A stretch of DNA of 64,000 bases from the human T2T-CHM13v2.0 reference genome, Homo sapiens, in the NCBI RefSeq assembly GCF_009914755.1, contig NC_060944.1. One strand, written 5' to 3'. A program made the position numbers and the translations under genes. Below the pieces are notes generated by a model. That model worked only from the letters and a program-made list of their open reading frames with translations, had not been told where the DNA came from and made no database searches. Positions within the stretch are counted from its first letter, which is position 1, and each line of letters begins with the position of its first letter. Of this stretch, positions 59,150 through 64,000 are shown one piece after another.

Positions 59150-59352
59150 ATAGACTGGAAATTAGTAAACTATGGCTCAGAGGGCAAATGCAGCCCATGG
59201 CCTGTTTTTAAGAATGGTTTTTACATTTCTTAAGGGTCGTGAAGAAGAAAAGGAGGGGAAGAAAGAGGTAATAGAAACCATATATAGCCACAAAACCTAA
59301 AATATTTACTATTAATAACTGGCCCTTTGCAGAAAAACGTTTGCTGGCCCCT
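59150..59352. mobile_element. MER58-like hAT MITE
   Basis: aaactatggc...cctaaaatatttact...ggccctttgcagaaaaacgtttgctggcccct. Confidence 0.65.
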
Positions 59353-60845
59353 CAATTGATAGATTAAAAGTAAAAGGATAAAAATGATATACCAAGCAAA
59401 TACTCATCAAAACAAAGCAGAAGTGGCTATGTTACTATCAGATAAATAAGACTTCAGAGCAACAAAAAATTACCAGGTACAAATAGGGGTGTTACATAAT
59501 AATAAAATAATCAATTCACCAAGAAGATGTAACAGTCCTAAACAGTAGATTCCCCAATGACAGAACTTCAAACGATATGACACAAAAACTGATAGAACTA
59601 AAAGAAGAAATCCACAGTTATGTTTGGAGACTTCATCACTTCTTTCTCAGTATAGAATACATAGATGGAAATTCAGCACAAATTTAGAAGACCTGAATAA
59701 CACTGTCAACTTGACCTAACTGATGTTTATCAGCCACTTCAGCCAACAGTAATGGAACATGTATTCTTTTCAAGTACAAATGGAACATTCACCAAAATAG
59801 ATCATATTCTGGGCCATTAAAAGCTTAACAACCTTAAAAGAATTAAAAATTATATGATGTATAGTCTCTGACCATCAAGGACTTAAACTAGAAATCGACA
59901 ACAGAAGGATATCTGGAAAATTCACAAACATTTGGAAATTACACAACATACCTCTAAATAATTTGTGTGTCAAACAGAAAGTGCCAAACAAATGATCTAA
60001 GATTATACTTTAAGAAACCAGAAAAAGAACAAATTAAACCCAAAGAAAATAGAATAAAAGAAATGATAACGATAAGGGCAGAAATTCGTATACTGAAAAC
60101 AGAAAAATAGAAAAATAAATTAAACCAAATGTTAGGTTTTTGAAAATATTTAATACACTTGATAACTCTCTAGGGAGACTGACTGCAATAAATAGAGAAA
60201 AGACACAAATTATAAATATCAGAAATAAAAAAGGAGATACCACTACAGACACTACAGATATTAAAAGAATAACAAGGTGATACTATGAAGAATGCTACCC
60301 ATAAATTAACAATCTATATAAAATGATGGATTCATTGAAAGACACAAAACACCAAAATTCACCCAAGAAGAAAGTGTTAACCTGATATGCCTTTGTACTA
60401 AAGAAATTGAATTCTTATTTTAAGACATTCCAATACACAAAACTCCAGGCCCAGATGCTTTCATAGGCAAATCCCACTAAACATTTAATGATGTAATAAT
60501 ATCAATTATATCCAAGCTCTTTCAGAAAATAAGAGAGCACTTTCTAACTCACTTAATGAGGCCAACATTATCCTTCCTGATATCAAAAACAAAGACCTTA
60601 GAAGGAAACTAAAGGTCGATAACTCATACACATCTGCACAAAAATCCTCAACAAAGTAGTGGTAAGTCAAACCCAGCAATATACAAAAAGACAATGTATT
60701 ATGACCAAACGAGGTTTATCCTGGGAATGCAAAGCTGGTTCAGCATTAGGAAATACATTAATGTAATTCATCATGTTAGCATGCTAAAGAAGGAAAATCA
60801 TGTGATCATTTCAATAAATGAGGGAACAGTACTTAAGAAAATTCA

Positions 60846-61195
<350 letters not shown>

Positions 61196-62288
61196 AAAAA
61201 ACCTCTCAGCAAACTATGAACACAAAGGTTTTCAATCTGGTAAAGGGTATCTACAAAAGAACTACAGCTAACATTGCACTTAATGGCAAAAGACTCAAAG
61301 TTCTCCCAAGGCAAGGATATCTATTCACCACCATACTGAAAGCCCTAGAATGTGCAATAATGCATGAAAAAGTTAAAAAAAAAAAAAAAAAAAGAACTTG
61401 CAAGGAGGAAATAAAGGCAGATAACATGACTATCTGTGTAGAAAATGCTATAATCTACTGTATTCTACAGAAAAGTCTCTAGAATACTAAGTGATTTTAG
61501 TAAGGCCAGAGGACACAAGGCCAATATCAAAAATCAGTTGTATTTCTATATATTAACAATGAATATTTCAAATATTAATTTTAAAAATCAGCATCATACC
61601 CATGTTCATAGCAGCTTTATTTTCAATAGCCAAAAGGTAGAAGCAACCCAAGTCTCCATCAATGGATGGATGGATAAATAAAATGTGATACATGCATACA
61701 ATGTCTGTATATTCAGCGTTAAAGAGGAAGGAAATTCTGACTTATGGTTCAACTTGGATGAACCTTGAAGACATTATGCTTAAGTAAAACAAGATTGTCA
61801 CGAAAGGACAAATACTATTATTACTCCACTTATATGAGTTCCCTAGTCAGATTCATAGAGACGGAAAGCATTATGGGGTTTCCAAGGGATAGGGGAAGGG
61901 ACACTAAAGAGTTCATGTTTAACAGGGACAGGTTTAGTTTTACATCATGGAAAAGAGTTCTGTGGTTGGATGGTGGTGATGGTAGCACACCATGTGAATG
62001 TACTTACTACCACTGAATTGTACAGTTAAAAATGGTTAAGATACATTTTATATGTTCATTGTACCACCATTTTGAAAAATTTCAAAAGTCAGGTTTAAAT
62101 GGGAAGTCTAGAGCTAAAACATTGCAATATCTCACATGAAAAATTCACTAAATGTACTTAACAACATAGCAGAGACAGCAAAAGAGAGGGTCAGTAGACT
62201 TAAAACAGGTAAATAGCATAACACAGAAAAGAAAGATGAAGGAGAATGAATCGAGTTCCAGTGACCTTTCAGACAATATAAATCAGCT

Positions 62289-62292
<4 letters not shown>

Positions 62293-62335
<43 letters not shown>
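62293..62335. repeat. (CA)n microsatellite
   Basis: Directly visible. Confidence 0.95.
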
Positions 62336-62346
<11 letters not shown>

Positions 62347-62707
62347 TTAGAGGGAGAGGATGGAACTGAAAGACTATTTGAAGAAAAATAGCCAAAAATT
62401 CCCCAAATTTGGTAGAAAAAAAATCAATTAAGATCCAGAATGACCAGCAAAAACACAAGCAAGATGAATGTAAAGAAAACCATGAAAAGAAGGTCATAAT
62501 CATGTTGCTGAAAACCCAAGATAAAAAAAAGTTTCAAAAGCAGAGATAAAAGACGTTACAATCAAGGGTGACAGTACAAATGACACCGACTTTTCTCAGG
62601 AACAATGAAGATTAGGAGATAAGAGAACAACATCTTCAAATTTCTGCATTAGGAAAAAAATTTGCAAACCTCTCAACTCAGAATTCTATAGGCAGCAAAA
62701 ATATCTT

Positions 62708-63012
62708 GGCTGGGCGCAGTGGCTCACGCCCATAATCCCAGCACTTTGGGAGGCCAAGGCGGGTGGATCACCTGAGGTCAGGAGTTCAAGACCAGTCTGG
62801 CCAACATGGTGAAACCTCGTCTCTACTAAAAATACAAAAATTACCTGGGCGTGGTGGTGGCCGCCCGTAATCCCAGCTACTCAAGAGGCTGAGCTAGGAG
62901 AATCGCTTGAATCCAAAAGGCAGAGGTTGCTTTGAACCAAGATCATACCATTGCACTCCAGCCTGGGCAACAAGAGCGAAACTCGGTCTCAAACAAACAA
63001 ACAAACAAAAAA
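62708..63012 (+). mobile_element. AluS with (AAAC)n tail
   Basis: Full dimer. Confidence 0.9.
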
Positions 63013-63035
63013 TACATCTTTAAAAATGAGGATGA

Positions 63036-63514
<479 letters not shown>

Positions 63515-63612
63515 AATAGTGACATTTTCAAATGTTGAAAACAGTAACAATAGGAACAACAAAAAACTGAGAATTTATTACTAGTAGACTTGCCCCACAA
63601 GATCTTCTAAAG

Positions 63613-63833
63613 CAGGGTGTCCAATCTTTTGGCTTCCCTGGGCCACAACGGAAGAATTGTCTTGGGCCACGCATAAAATATACTCACACTAATGATAGCT
63701 GATGAGCTAAAAAAAAAAAAAAATCACAAAAAAACTCATAATGTTTTAAGAAAGTGTATGAATTTCTGTTGAGCCGCACTCTAAGCTGTCCTGGGCTGCA
63801 TGCAGCCCACAGGCCACGGGTTGGACAGGCTCA
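63613..63833. mobile_element. MER30 hAT MITE
   Basis: cagggtgtccaatcttttggcttccctgggccac...ggttggaca; 8-bp duplication ttctaaag. Confidence 0.88.
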
Positions 63834-64000
63834 TTCTAAAGGATGTTGTGACTGAAGGTAAATGACAGCAGATAGAACTCAGATCTAAAGGAAGAAATAA
63901 AAAGCAACTAAAATGGTAAAACATGGATTATTTAAAATAATTTTTTTTGAATTTTCTTAGAAGACAACTGACTGCTTAACCAAAAATTATGACATCATAT

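Overview
Primate, almost certainly human, genomic DNA from the STX16-NPEPL1 locus (20q13.32, upstream of the imprinted GNAS cluster). The + strand carries the last six coding exons and long 3'UTR of STX16 (syntaxin-16), then all 12 coding exons of NPEPL1 (M17 aminopeptidase-like; 1,572 nt = 523 aa + stop, every junction GT-AG and in phase). Main observations: (1) decayed, intron-containing 3' exons of a PIEZO-family channel gene lie on the - strand directly downstream of NPEPL1 (about 49.9-55.0 kb), probably the tail of the human Piezo3-type pseudogene. (2) A 391-bp direct repeat pair 2,978 bp apart brackets three STX16 exons and an OCT4-SOX2 composite motif, matching the known pseudohypoparathyroidism-1B deletion substrate and STX16 imprinting enhancer. 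(3) A G-rich minisatellite copies the NPEPL1 exon-6 splice donor four times, and all three extra donors lead to premature stops. (4) A 57-nt phase-0 cassette exon allows an in-frame STX16-NPEPL1 fusion. (5) An intronic VNTR is packed with UGCAUG/UG motifs. The rest is Alu, L1, MIR/L2, MaLR LTR and DNA-transposon debris. All family and protein comparisons are from memory; no searches were run.
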